This document shows positions 1 to 13,454 of a DNA stretch of 64,000 nucleotides, piece after piece; the first letter of the stretch is position 1, and every line of letters starts with the position of its first letter. The DNA is taken from the NCBI GenBank assembly GCA_964016885.1, contig OZ024740.1, forward strand, positions 18,228,001-18,292,000. The letters are read 5' to 3'. This DNA comes from Eledone cirrhosa. Its lineage: Eukaryota. Under the pieces are notes generated by a model. The model saw only the letters and a list, made by a program, of their open reading frames with translations, ran no database searches and had not been told where the DNA came from. The position numbers and the translations under genes are program-made.

Positions 1-2245
1 TGCATCAGTTGTTAGCTGTCGAGACACTGCATCCTTTAAAACCTCCATGGAACAAACTACCTGCATCAGTTGTTAGCTGTCGAGACACTGCATCCTTTAA
101 AACCTCCATGGAACAAACTACCTGCATCAGTTGTTAGCTGTCGAAACACTGCATCCTTTAAAACCTCCATGGAACAAACTACCTGCATCAGTTGTTAGCT
201 GTCGAGACACTGCATCCTTTAAAACCTCCATGGAACAAACTACCTGCATCAGTTGTTAGCTGTCGAGACACTGCATCCTTTAAAACCTCCATGGAACAAA
301 CTACCTGCATCAGTTGTTAGCTGTCGAAACACTGCATCCTTTAAAACCTCCATGGAACAAACTACCTGCATCAGTTGTTAGCTGTCGAGACACTGCATCC
401 TTTAAAACCTCCATGGAACAAACTACCTGCATCAGTTGTTAGCTGTCGAGACACTGCATCCTTTAAAACCTCCATGGAACAAACTACCTGCATCAGTTGT
501 TAGCTGTCGAGACACTGCATCCTTTAAAACCTCCATGGAACAAACTACCTGCATCAGTTGTTAGCTGTCGAGACACTGCATCCTTTAAAACCTCCATGGA
601 ACAAACTACCTGCATCAGTTGTTAGCTGTCGAAACACTGCATCCTTTAAAACCTCCATGGAACAAACTGCCTGTGTCAGTTGTTAGCTGTCGAGACACTG
701 CATCCTTTAAAACCTCCATGGAACAAACTACCTGCATCAGTTGTTAGCTGTCGAGACACTGCATCCTTTAAAACCTCCATGGAACAAACTACCTGCATCA
801 GTTGTTAGCTGTCGAGACACTGCATCCTTTAAAACCTCCATGGAACAAACTACCTGCATCAGTTGTTAGCTGTCGAGACACTGCATCCTTTAAAACCTCC
901 ATGGAACAAACTACCTGCATCAGTTGTTAGCTGTCGAGACACTGCATCCTTTAAAACCTCCATGGAACAAACTACCTGCATCAGTTGTTAGCTGTCGAGA
1001 CACTGCATCCTTTAAAACCTCCATGGAACAAACTACCTGCATCAGTTGTTAGCTGTCGAGACACTGCATCCTTTAAAACCTCCATGGAACAAACTACCTG
1101 CATCAGTTGTTAGCTGTCGAGACACTGCATCCTTTAAAACCTCCATGGAACAAACTACCTGCATCAGTTGTTAGCTGTCGAGTCACTGCATCCTTTAAAA
1201 CCTCCATGGAACAAACTACCTGCATCAGTTGTTAGCTGTCGAGACACTGCATCCTTTAAAACCTCCATGGAACAAACTACCTGCATCAGTTGTTAGCTGT
1301 CGAGACACTGCATCCTTTAAAACCTCCATGGAACAAACTACCTGCATCAGTTGTTAGCTGTCGAGACACTGCATCCTTTAAAACCTCCATGGAACAAACT
1401 ACCTGCATCAGTTGTTAACTGTCGAGACACTGCATCCTTTAAAACCTCCATGGAACAAACTACCTGCATCAGTTGTTAGCTGTCGAGACACTGCATCCTT
1501 TAAAACCTCCATGGAACAAACTACCTGCATCAGTTGTTAGCTGTCGAGACACTGCATCCTTTAAAACCTCCATGGAACAAACTACCTGCATCAGTTGTTA
1601 GCTGTCGAGACACTGCATCCTTTAAAACCTCCATGGAACAAACTACCTGCATCAGTTGTTAGCTGTCGAGACACTGCATCCTTTAAAACCTCCATGGAAC
1701 AAACTACCTGCATCAGTTGTTAGCTGTCGAGACACTGCATCCTTTAAAACCTCCATGGAACAAACTACCTGCATCAGTTGTTAGCTGTCGAGACACTGCA
1801 TCCTTTAAAACCTCCATGGAACAAACTACCTGCATCAGTTGTTAGCTGTCGAGACACTGCATCCTTTAAAACCTCCATGGAACAAACTACCTGCATCAGT
1901 TGTTAACTGTCGAGACACTGCATCCTTTAAAACCTCCATGGAACAAACTACCTGCATCAGTTGTTAGCTGTCGAGACACTGCATCCTTTAAAACCTCCAT
2001 GGAACAAACTACCTGCATCAGTTGTTAGCTGTCGAGACACTGCATCCTTTAAAACCTCCATGGAACAAACTACCTGCATCAGTTGTTAGCTGTCGAGACA
2101 CTGCATCCTTTAAAACCTCCATGGAACAAACTACCTGCATCAGTTGTTAGCTGTCGAGACACTGCATCCTTTAAAACCTCCATGGAACAAACTACCTGCA
2201 TCAGTTGTTAGCTGTCGAGACACTGCATCCTTTAAAACCTCCATG
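1..2245. repeat. 61-bp tandem satellite, ~37 near-identical copies (runs off window start)
   Basis: Unit TGCATCAGTTGTTAGCTGTCGAGACACTGCATCCTTTAAAACCTCCATGGAACAAACTACC shifts 1 nt per 60-nt line; only rare variants (GAGAC/GAAAC, TAGC/TAAC). Confidence 0.98.
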
Positions 2246-2304
2246 CTTCCGAAAATTCGTCAACACTACACCTAATATTCCCCCTCTATACACACACCAC
2301 TCAT

Positions 2305-2307
<3 letters not shown>

Positions 2308-2390
<83 letters not shown>
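2308..2390. repeat. (GT)n microsatellite
   Basis: Pure GT run. Confidence 0.98.
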
Positions 2391-2394
<4 letters not shown>

Positions 2395-2407
2395 ACTCAT
2401 ACAAAGT

Positions 2408-2487
2408 ACAGTACCGGGTCAATTTAATCAACTTTGCTCTCCTCCCCCAAAACTGCTGGCCTTGTGCCTAAATTAGAAACAACAATT
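2408..2487 (+). mobile_element. 3' fragment of tRNA-SINE family 1
   Basis: GCTGGCCTTGTGCCTAAATTAGAAACAA tail shared with fuller copies at 24715, 25535 and 47442. Confidence 0.7.
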
Positions 2488-4050
2488 ATATATATATATA
2501 CATATATGTATATACATATATGTATATACATATATGTATATACACATATATATATATACATATATGTATATACATATATATATACATATGCTGTATATAT
2601 ACATATATGTATATACATATATGTATATACACATATATATATATACATATATGTATATACATATATGTATATATACATATATGTATATACATATATATAT
2701 ACATATGCTGTATATATATACATATGCTGTATATATATGCATATATGTACTTGCAAGTTTTTATCTATTTATATCTGTATGTGTATGTGTGTGTATGCAA
2801 ATATGTGTGAGCGCATATGTAACTGTGTTGGTGTGTGTGTAAGTATGTGTGTGACTGTGTGTGTGTATGTATATGTGTAGCTGTGTTGATGTGTGTGACT
2901 GTATATTTGTGTATATATATGTATGTGACTGTGTATGTATGTGTAGCTGTGTTGATGTGTGTGTGTATATATACGTGTGGCTGTGTGTGTGTGTATGTAT
3001 ATATGTGTGACTGTGTGTATGTATATATGTGTGTGGCTGTGTGTATATGTATGTATATATGTGTGACTGTGTGTATGTATATATGTGTGTGGCTGTGTGT
3101 ATGTGTATGTATATATGTGTGACTGTGTGTATGTATATATGTGTGTGGCTGTGTGTATATGTATGTATATATGTGTGACTGTGTGTATGTATATATGTGT
3201 GTGGCTGTGTGTATGTGTATGTGTATATGTGTGACTGTGTGTATGTATATATGTGTGTGGCTGTGTGTATGTGTATGTGTATGTACCACTGTGTAGTATA
3301 CTTGCCATCAGGTGATGAGATTAGTAAGTCATTAGATAGTATATAGTGTTCTATTCCTTTAGTCTCTCTTTCTCACTTACACACATACATACATATAGAT
3401 ATACACATATAATTACACACACACACACACACACAGCTCAAGAATGAACAGGACAAACAGAGATGCAAAAACATACACACATTTTTAATATAAACACACA
3501 CACACATATATATATATAAACAGACTAACACACACACACACACATATATATATAAACAGACTAACACACACACACATATATATAAACAGACTAACACACA
3601 CACATATATATATATAAACACAAACTGACACACACTCACACATATATACACATACACACACATATAAACACAGACTAACACTCACAGACACACACACACA
3701 CATATATATATATATAAATAGACTAACACACATACAAACACATACATATATAAATAGACTAACACTCACGCACACACACACATATGTAAATAGACTAACA
3801 CACTCACACACACACACACACATATAAATAGACTAACACACTCACACACACACACATATATATATATAAATAGACTAACACTCACACATACACACATACA
3901 TATATAAATAGACTAACACACTCACACACTCACACACACACATATATACATAGACTAACACTCACACATATATATATACATACACTCACACACACACACA
4001 CACATATATATATATAGACTAACACGCACACACACACATATATACACACT
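2487..4050. repeat. TA/TG-rich compound microsatellite (2487-3290) followed by CA-rich compound minisatellite (3375-4050)
   Basis: Degenerate TATACA/TGTGTA repeats, then ACACACATATATAAATAGACTA-type units. Confidence 0.9.
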
Positions 4051-4145
4051 AAGTTACTTATTACTCAAGTTACATAACTATTACAGATTTTCTTAAACTT
4101 TCATACTTTTTATGTTGATTAATTCAGCTACTACCAAGTATATAC

Positions 4146-4569
4146 TAGTAGTAGTAGTAGTAGTTGAGGTGGTAGTAGAAGTGATCGTGGTAGTAGTAGT
4201 AGTAGTAGTAGTAGTAACAGTGGCAGTAGTAGTAGTAGTAGTAGTAACAGTAATAGTAGTAGTAGCAGAAGTGGTAGTACTAGTAGAAGTAGAAGTAGTA
4301 GTAGTTGTAGTATTAGTTGTAGAAGTGGTAGTAGTAGTTGTAGCAGCAGCAGCAACAGTAGTAGTAGTAGTAGTAGTAACATTTCTACATCTAATTCTAG
4401 TACCACTTCAAAAACTTAATAATACTACCTCCACTACCACTCCACCACCACATACATTTACTATTAACAATACCACCACCACCACCATTACTACTACCAC
4501 CATCACCACTTACTATTAACAATACCACCAACACCACCACTACCACCATCACAACTATTACAACTACTA

Positions 4570-4611
<42 letters not shown>

Positions 4612-4965
4612 CTCTACCATTTACTATTAACAATACCACCACCACTACTACTACTACCACCACCACTTACTATTAACAATACCATTACCACCATCACAAC
4701 TATTACAACTACTACTACTATTACTACTACTACCTCCACCACTTACTATTAATATCACCATCACAACTATTACTACTACTACCTCCACCACTTACTATTA
4801 ACAATACCCACCACCACCACCATCACAACTTTTACTATTACCTCCACCACTACAAACACTATTAACAATACCAGCACCACCATTACTACTACCACTACCA
4901 AGAAGATTACTACCATTATTACCAAATGACATCATCAGTACTACTACTACTACTACTACTACTAC
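4146..4965. repeat. (GTA)n then (CTA/CAC)n trinucleotide low-complexity tracts
   Basis: Source of the poly-V/poly-T/poly-L pseudo-ORFs. Confidence 0.9.
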
Positions 4966-5140
4966 TGTAATCACGACAGCATTAGTACAATCGTCACGGG
5001 CATCATCACGAACTTTAGTACATTGCCCTATTCCATTACGACCACCACCAACATCACCACCACCACCACTACTATTTTCACTATTTTTAGAACCACCACC
5101 GTTGCCACCACCAGAATTTCCACTGATTCTGTGTTACCGG

Positions 5141-5492
5141 TACGTCATGTGACGTATACAACCGGTCATATGACGTCAACACATACATTCTCTCTCCCTC
5201 CCGCTCCACCTCTCTTTTACAAAGACCAATTCTCTCTCTTTCTCTCCTCTCTTTTATCCTCTTTTTATTTCTCTTTCGCACGCATTGTCTCTCTCCCTCT
5301 CTCTCTTATTCTCTCTGCCATACTCATTCTCTCTCTTTATCTCCTTCTCCTCCTCTCTCTTGTTCTCTGCTTTTATTTCTCTCTCCCTCTCTGTTACAGA
5401 CACACCTATTCCCTCTCTCTCACACACACACACAGGCGAGCTCCGTCTCCACCACCACCATAATTACACAGTTGTAGTTGAAGTCACATGAC
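5141..5492 (+). promoter_or_regulatory. Putative promoter: CRE and E-box/M-box palindrome cluster
   Basis: TACGTCATGTGACGTA (5141-5156), GTCATATGAC (5165-5174), TGACGTCA (5171-5178), GTCACATGAC (5483-5492); locally CpG-retaining; 150-500 bp upstream of the ATG at 5647. Confidence 0.5.
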
Positions 5493-5646
5493 CTCTCATC
5501 ACTGACTGAAAGAGAAAGGAAGGTGGTGTAAGAAAACTTGTGTAAGTGTCTGTCTGATTGTATATGTGAGTTAGCCACTGTCTCATTCTATATCTGTATG
5601 TGTATATGTGTGATTGTGTGTTAGTGTTAAAGTCTCTCATCACAAC

Positions 5647-5817
5647 ATGTCAGCCGTCGATTTGAGTAGACTGAGGCCAAGTGAGTCTTCACTCCAGGCC
5701 GACCAAAATGGTAATGGCACTGCTGCCAACGATATGGAGGATATATACGATGAAGATGTGTCCGAACTAGAGGTTGGTAAGAAAGATTGGTCACAAATGA
5801 ACTGGAAACTGGCCCAG
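5647..5817 (+). CDS. Probable first coding exon of an unidentified host gene (57 aa: MSAVDLSRLRPSESS...DWSQMNWKLAQ)
   Basis: A at -3 (CAACATG), non-repetitive protein-like composition, 171 nt ending at a strong phase-0 donor CAG|GTATGT, followed by T-rich intron-like sequence. Confidence 0.7.
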
Positions 5818-8423
5818 GTATGTCCCATTCTCCGTCTTATCTAAACTTCACGTTTCATTGTATATGTTTATATTAAGGAAGTATATTTTCTTTAGCATGT
5901 CTATGTAATTACTTGTGCTTTCATCTATTTTCTATCTAAGGTGTTTGTCTTCTATTTGTTCATCTGTAGTGTCCTAATTTTATTTATCGATCTATCTATA
6001 TTGTTTTTATAGCGATCTACTTGTTTGTTTATCTAAATCAGTGGTTCCAAAACCTATTTTGTCACCGAATCCATAATCGATTTTTCCTAAAATCTCAAAT
6101 CCCATGTCTATATTTTGCGGACACTTCATACCACCTTTATTTTTAATAAGACTCTAGAAACAAAACAAGTTTTAGAGAGACAATTTATTAATATATATGT
6201 ATATATGTATGTTTTGTCTCTCGTCTCTTACTCCACTGGACAGTGTTTTGCCTTATGTCAGACACTGTGACCCCGGTGGACCAGCAGTACCGTTGGTAGG
6301 GGTCGAAACTGTCAAAGACCATCTCAACGGCCGATGACCCTAGAGTTCTGTGTCCTTCGTTTGTATTTTTAATTTAAAAAAAATTATATTTCAAGATTTC
6401 CTCTTAAAAATCGTTTTGCCTTGTTTTCGTTCGTTGTCTTGTCCTCTCTTTGTTACTTTTCTTAAGTCTATCAATACTAATGTGACGAACATATCTCTTC
6501 TCACTCCCTATTTCAATGGCTTATACATATATAAAATTAAATTTTATTAAAAGACACCTTATCTCTGGGAAACACTAATCTATAGTGTCTTCCTCACTTT
6601 TTATTTTGGTCGATTGACCAGGGAAGAAGTTCATTTCGCAATCATTGGGTATCGGGTTTGATCTAACTGCGTGGCATCTTTAGTAAGTGTCACTTACTTT
6701 AACCACGGATCACCCCAAGCCTTGTGAGGAAAGATTGGTTGACAGAAACTGTTTAGAAGCCCGTCGGTTGAACTGTACCTGTAATTCAATAGAGTATGTG
6801 TGTGTGTGTGGGGGGGGGGGGGGGTAGTCAATGTGTCACGCTGAATTTTCCTGAGAATTACCTTATGGGTATACTTGATAGTGGAATATTCAGCCACTTG
6901 TACGTTAATTTCATGAACAGGCTGTTTTCCGTTGACGAAACAACCGGAACACTCATCGTCGAAAGCGACGGAAGTTCATTCACCTTTCCGTCTATGTATG
7001 TCTGTTTATTCTGTATACACTGTCCTTCTCTATATCTGTTCTTTCTTTCCTTTGTTTATCGATTTGTTTGTCTATCTATAGTGTCTTTTAATCTTTCTGT
7101 ACCATGTATAATTTCCTAACTGACGATCACAAACACCCACGTACACGTGTCTGTGTGTGTGTGTGTGTGTATGTATGTGTGTGTTGTCTATTTCTGATAA
7201 CTGTTGTCTGTATATGTCTGTATCTCTGTCACATTAAGTGCTTGCATGCCAGTCAGCCTGCGTGTCCCTATGTGTCATACAGACCTCACCTTCCTGCTCC
7301 CTCCTTTGTTATGTACAGATGATGACGTCACCGACATATTTTACCAGTTGTCACCACACACACACAAAGTTATCATCTTACCAGTCACACACACATGCAC
7401 GCATCCATACATACACCATCGTTTTAATTTACATATATATTTAAACATACATACACATTTGCACTTTGTCCATTATCCTTGGACACAGTATGATCTATCA
7501 CTACCTTTTCTTCCTCTCTCTCTTTTTCTCTGTATACACACACATATATATAGATATAGATATATATGAATATAAGTATGTCCTTTGTCAGTGTTGAACA
7601 AACGAGCAACGATGGTTGCTAGACACTACGGCTTAATACGGGATGTTTGTTTACAAACACACCGAGCATTATAATAAATGTTCGGTGAATCCATACGTAC
7701 ATATATATATATGTGTGCATGTATGTATATATATATATACATACTACTGTACGTCTGTATACATATATGTATGTACGTGTACATACTTATATTTAAGTAA
7801 CAGCCGTACTAAGAGTGGGAAATGAAATTTCGTTTCATTTTTCCGTTTAGATATATATGTATATACATATAATATATATAATATGTATATATATATATAT
7901 ATATATATATGTAGAGTCACACATACACGTGCATATGCTATTATACGTCTATCTATATGAAACGAAGTTTATTTGTTGTGGAAGAAATGACGAACACGAC
8001 AAATACCACGAGTAGAATCACTCGCAGCCGAATGTTGTTTGGTATCAGATCAACACTGAATCTACCTACAGTCTCCAATTATGACCAACTCACCTTTTCA
8101 GGTGGAGTACTTAAGAAAGACTACATTACCTAATATGTCCTTTCCGTTTTAAGTTAGGGGGCGGGGTGATTTGAAGGAGATTTGGCTTCTGTTTTTAGCA
8201 AAGTAAACAACGGGCTAGAATATCCTTTAATGTCTTATGTTACTGCCCAGAACTAATCAAGCAAATTAATAATTAAAGCTTTCCAGCCAGTCATGATCAT
8301 CACATCTAATGTCAGACAGTTTATCCAAAACTTCAGTATCCAGTGTGTCCTTCCTTTATAAAGATAGTAAGGTTTAATTTGAGGGGAATTTAGTTGTTGT
8401 TTCTTGCAGGTTGAGTGATTACA

Positions 8424-9400
8424 GTTGGTAGAATGTACACTTACCAGTCTAGAGACTGTACACTTACTAGGGTGGAGACTGTACACTTACCAGTTGGTAG
8501 AATGTACACTTACCAGTCTGGGGACTGTACACTTACCAGTCAGGAGACAGTACACTTACCAGCCTAGAGACTGTACACTTACCAGGCTGAGGACTGTACA
8601 CTTACCAGTCTGGGGACTGTACACTTACCACCCAGGAGATTGTACACTTACCAGTCTAGAGACTGTACACTTACCAGGCTGGGGACTGTTCACTTACCAG
8701 TTGGTAGAATGTACACTTACCAGTCTGGGAACTGTACACTTACCAGACTGGAGACTGTACACTTACCAGTCAGGAGACAGTACACTTACCAGTCTAGAGA
8801 CTGTACACTTAGCAGTCTGGAGACAGTACACTTACCAGTCTGGCGACTGTACATGCATCAGTTGGGAGACTGTACACTTACCATCCAGGAGACAGTACAC
8901 TTACAAGCCTATAGACTGTACACTTACCAGTCTAGAGACTGTACACTTACCAGGCTGGAGATAGTAACTTACCAGGCTGGAGACTGTCCACTTGCGAGTC
9001 AGGAGACAGTACACTTACCAGTTGGGAGACTGTACACTTACCATCCAGGAGACTGTACACATACCAGTCTGGGGACTGTACACTTACAAGTGGGGAGACT
9101 GTGCACTTACCAGCCCCTGGGACAGTACACTTACCAGTCTGCAGACTGTACACTTACCAGACTGGATGCTGTACACTTACCAGTCAGGAAACAGTACACT
9201 TACCAGTTGGGAGACTGTACACTTACCAGGCTGGACATTGTACACTTACCAGTCTGGAGACAGTACACTTACCAGCATGGAGACTGTACACTCACCAACT
9301 TGGAGACTGTACACTTACCAGTATGGAGACAGTACCCTTACTAGCCTGGAGACTGTACACTTACCAGGCTGGAGACAGTACACTTACTAGCCTGGAGACT
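8424..9400. repeat. 23-bp minisatellite, ~42 diverged copies
   Basis: Consensus GACTGTACACTTACCAGTCTGGA. Confidence 0.95.
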
Positions 9401-9722
9401 CAAATTTCATAGCCAAGACACTATTATGGCACAATGGGTTTATAGCTGAGATGCTACAGTGGCGCATTGTACTTGTAGCTGTGAGACCATCATGGCACAA
9501 TGTGTTCAAACTGAGACATCATCTTAGCTCAATGTTGGTGCCATGAGGAAACACAGTTCACGTTCACAGTAAATAATACAATATGATTGACACTATTGAA
9601 AAAACATTATGATTAAAATGTTTGAGTAAAGAATAGACAGCATTGAACACCCAGTACCCTTTATATTTCAATGTTCTTGAAGTTATTCTTAGACCAGAGC
9701 CCTCGCCTTAATATTTAAAACA

Positions 9723-10120
9723 GAATCTTGGGTAATGACTGAAAGAATATGATTGCAAATACATGTGCCCAAAATGGGGTTCCTCTGAAGGGTCTTTGGA
9801 GTACATAACTCAGATATCAGGGAGTCACTTCAGGTAGAGATGCTACTTCTCCAAATTGAGGGATCACAGCTCTGGTACTATGGACATGTGGTTAGAATGT
9901 CTCAGGAAAGAATCACTGGACAGATTTTATGAGCAAAACCAAGTGACGGAGACCCAGGGGTAGACCCTGAGCAAGATGGTTGGATAACATCCATGAGCTT
10001 GGCTGGTCTCACTTAGGGATTCAGCCGGATCAGTTGGAGACGGTTACTTCTGACAAGACTCGCTGGAAGGAGTGTTTGAGGACTCTGCTCTCATCACCCT
10101 CTCAAGAATAAGTGGGCGAA
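9723..10120 (+). mobile_element. RTE-clade LINE (family C) 3' fragment, decayed
   Basis: Reads ESWVMTERI...SQLWYYGHVVRMSQERI with stops; homologous copies at 13455-13850(-), 19049-19328(+) and 26935-27100(-). Confidence 0.7.
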
Positions 10121-11084
10121 GAAGCAAACTGGGATCCGTTAAATGTAACCAAGAACTCAGAACATAAAGAGCACCACCAGACATCTCGTTCAACACTAAC
10201 AATTCCACAAATCTCCCATTTTATTTTATTGATCCCCAAAATGATGAAAGGCAAAGCTGACCTCTGGTATTTGAGCAGATTGCGTTGAAACGAATAAACA
10301 TATTTTGTTCTATACTCTAGTGACTCTGCTAACTCCCTGCCTTGATAAGTGGGTATATATTCTGAATCACAAGAAACGAATTAAGGACCTACACACACTC
10401 GTATCTCAGCATGTACACAAGCACACATGGAAATGTCAGCACGTTCACACACACACACACTAATACACTCATATATATAAATATACACACACACATCAAG
10501 CCACACCCACATATATGGGAGATGACAGTATAAACAAGAATTTTTAGGTTGATGAAATTACTGTCAAATTTACCCTTCCCTGTATCTTACACACACCCCT
10601 GATGCCTGGAGTGAATCAACCGATATCCCCCCCCCCCCCCGTAATATTTACCAGGTGGCAGCATCCTCCCTGTATACACATACTCACTTGATGCAGGGTG
10701 TGATAGGCCAGTCCACACCCTTATTGTACTCAGTGATCTTATTCATCCAATATACTCATTTCCTAGATCAGAGCTTTCCCAATTTTTCAGGCTGGCTGTT
10801 GTAGTAGATCAGCCGACACCCTTATTGTACCCAGTGACATCTACCCTGTATACACACTGCCTAGATCAGAGCTGCATAAACTTTCCACATTGATGACACA
10901 CTTTTTTAAAATACAGTAGAACCTCGCATCACATACAAATTGGTACACAAACAATTTTTCCAAACATAAAACGTCTCAGTTGACAAACGGTGACTTGAGT
11001 AATACTGGGAGTATCGGCAGGAAAGTGTCTCTTGTTGTGTAGTTAGTTACTATGGTGATATCTATCTGTCTTTCACACACAGTG

Positions 11085-11260
11085 TAAAGGACCAACTCAC
11101 ACCCCAATTATACCTAGTTATACTATACACTCAGTTGTGATGTGTCTCTGTAAAGGACCCTCTCACACCCCAATTATACCTAGTTATATATACTATACAC
11201 TCAGTTGTGATGTGTCTGTAAAGGACCAACTCACACTCCAATTATACCCAGCTATATATA
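11085..11260. repeat. ~65-70-bp tandem triplication
   Basis: GTAAAGGACCAACTCACACCCCAATTATACC... occurs three times. Confidence 0.8.
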
Positions 11261-11762
11261 CAGTACACCATGTACTCACTGTAAACAAACAGTATATAAA
11301 TGCTACAAAAAAAATCCCTTAGTACATATTTTCATTTTAAAGGTGTTAGGTGGATGTGAAGTACATCTGGATAGGTGACACCTGATTATGTGACAGTTTA
11401 CCCCATACAGACAGGTGAGGTAGCTTGTCCTATCTTGGCTGGGGTGGCAACTTATCTCATTTCAACTATGTCAGTCATCGGTAAACTGTTACTGTGAGCT
11501 GTATGTGATCTGTTTGGTTTTCTGAATGACACACCTCATCTAAAGATCCTATGTGGCTCACTGCTTGATATGTATAGAATTACATATATTGCTTCCACAC
11601 CTCATTTCCATAACAGTTGTGTTAGATTTGAACTTTAGCCATGTGTGACTGAGGTCAATAACCATCCAGACCTGTCTATTGTCTCCACTGTATATATAGT
11701 ATATGTGTGTATATCAGAGCTTGCTACATGTTTTTAAAATAAAATTTTTCAAGACATTGTTA

Positions 11763-11940
11763 TACAGGGTGACCACAAAAACACTCCTTCATTTCAAATA
11801 CTTATAATATGAAAACCTAAATGAATATTCTTACAATATTGGTGGCTCCTGTTACATAAACTAACAAAGTTTCATAGACACTTGATGTCTGCCTGCCTCT
11901 TTTGTTGCTCGGCAAACATCAATGTGATATCCAAGCTTGA
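11763..11940. mobile_element. Tc1/mariner-like terminal fragment
   Basis: TA-CAGGGTGACCACAAAA start is typical of mariner-type TIRs; the matching end was not seen. Confidence 0.35.
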
Positions 11941-12579
11941 AGTGTTTTTGTGGTCAGACTGTATTTGGGGTGGGCGGGCCATGTTGTCCTAATATTGCCA
12001 GAAAAAAAAGTAAAACACACTCACTGTTTGGTTTTCACTTCAAATATAACAATATCTGATTTAACACACTATTTCATATCAAAAACCTTGCAAAACTAAT
12101 ACATTTTTCAAAACAACCCTTTCATTACCATATTTAAATAAAAATCATAGTCTATGGGGGGTGTGTGTGGGTGTGTGTGTGTGTGAATATGTGTGTGTGT
12201 GTGAATATATATCTGTTGTTACAGCTCACATCTGCCTAGTTTTAGCTGACCTCCTGTAAATATACATCTCATAAGAGGTTTCTTAGATATTTAAATAATA
12301 GGGACCCCCAAATGACAATGATGATGATGTACATCTACTTGACCTGAACATGCATCAATGATGGTGTGTTGTGTGTTGCTCTCTAGTGGAGCACCCCCCT
12401 AATCCAGTTCTAGCCTGATTATTTTATAGTTGGAGTGTGGTTTATGTGTTTTTGTCTGAGTACCCACTTGTTGAGGAGTTATTAGGATGTGGTCATTGTT
12501 TAACGTCCATTTTCCACACTGGCTTGGGTTAGATGAGATGTCCCATTGTGAGACAAGTCAGAATCCTCCTCCTCCTGAT

Positions 12580-12630
12580 CACCATCACCACCATCATCAC
12601 CATCACCACCATCACCATCATCATCACCAC

Positions 12631-12664
<34 letters not shown>

Positions 12665-12700
12665 TACTTTCCCTGCTAGCAAGGGTTGGATGTGTCTATG
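12580..12700 (-). repeat. (CAT/CAC)n expansion from an RTE (GAT)n tail, with a short RTE-A 3' remnant
   Basis: Poly-CAT followed by TTTCCCTGCTAGCAAGGG, the reverse complement of the RTE-A terminus. Confidence 0.7.
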
Positions 12701-12964
12701 TAAACCAAGCACTGTAATGGGGCTACTGACCTTCCAAAATGTGCTACAATATTTGTTTCAACTTTCTTCAAATTGTGTTCAAATCCACCTGAGGTCTATT
12801 TTGCTGTGCGTTCTTTCATGGTCAATAAAAAGGGTTCCAACCCAGTGCCAGCTGTTACATACTGGATATTCCAGTGTGTCAAAGGTGAGAAGGTTTAGAT
12901 CAGGTGTTGCCAGACTTCTTTGTGTCATCACCCACTTTCACATGGAAACATTTTCCACTGCCCA

Positions 12965-13350
12965 CATCATCATCATCATCATTTTACGTCTGCTTTTCCC
13001 TGCTTGCAAGGGTAGGACAGATCCTATTCAGCACAGCATCTCTCCACTTGTCACAGTCCTTCATCATCTCTTCCGTGAGCTTCAGCGATCTGAGGTCAGC
13101 TCTCATCACCTCCACCCATGTTTTTCGTGGTCTACCTCTACTGCGTCTTCCTTCTACTGGGATTTCTTGTCACTTCTTTACCCAGTTGTCATCCTCCATG
13201 TGCATCACATGTCCATACCATCTCAGTCTTCTCTCCCGCACACCACAACTTATCCCTCTTATACACAGTTTCTCTCTCAACTCATCTATGCTTGGTTGTT
13301 CATGCACATTGACATTGCACATCCAACGGGGCATGTTTACTTCATTTCTC
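12965..13350 (-). mobile_element. RTE LINE family A, 5'-truncated 3' end
   Basis: Reverse-complement homology to 15220-15590, including the (GAT)n tail and LRWYGHV/RGRPRKTW motifs. Confidence 0.9.
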
Positions 13351-13454
13351 TCCTGTATATTAAATATTCAAAAGTATACCAAGTACCGGTTCCTTATTCC
13401 TATTGTTTTTTTTTTTTGTGTTTTTGAATACAGATCCTTTGCATATCTCCTTTA

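Noticed and set aside
1-2245. CRISPR-like regular array
   Set aside because: Units are contiguous and identical, with no unique spacers and no cas genes; the context is eukaryotic.
12500-12717. Poly-His / poly-Asp ORFs
   Set aside because: This is an expanded (CAT)n retroposon tail.
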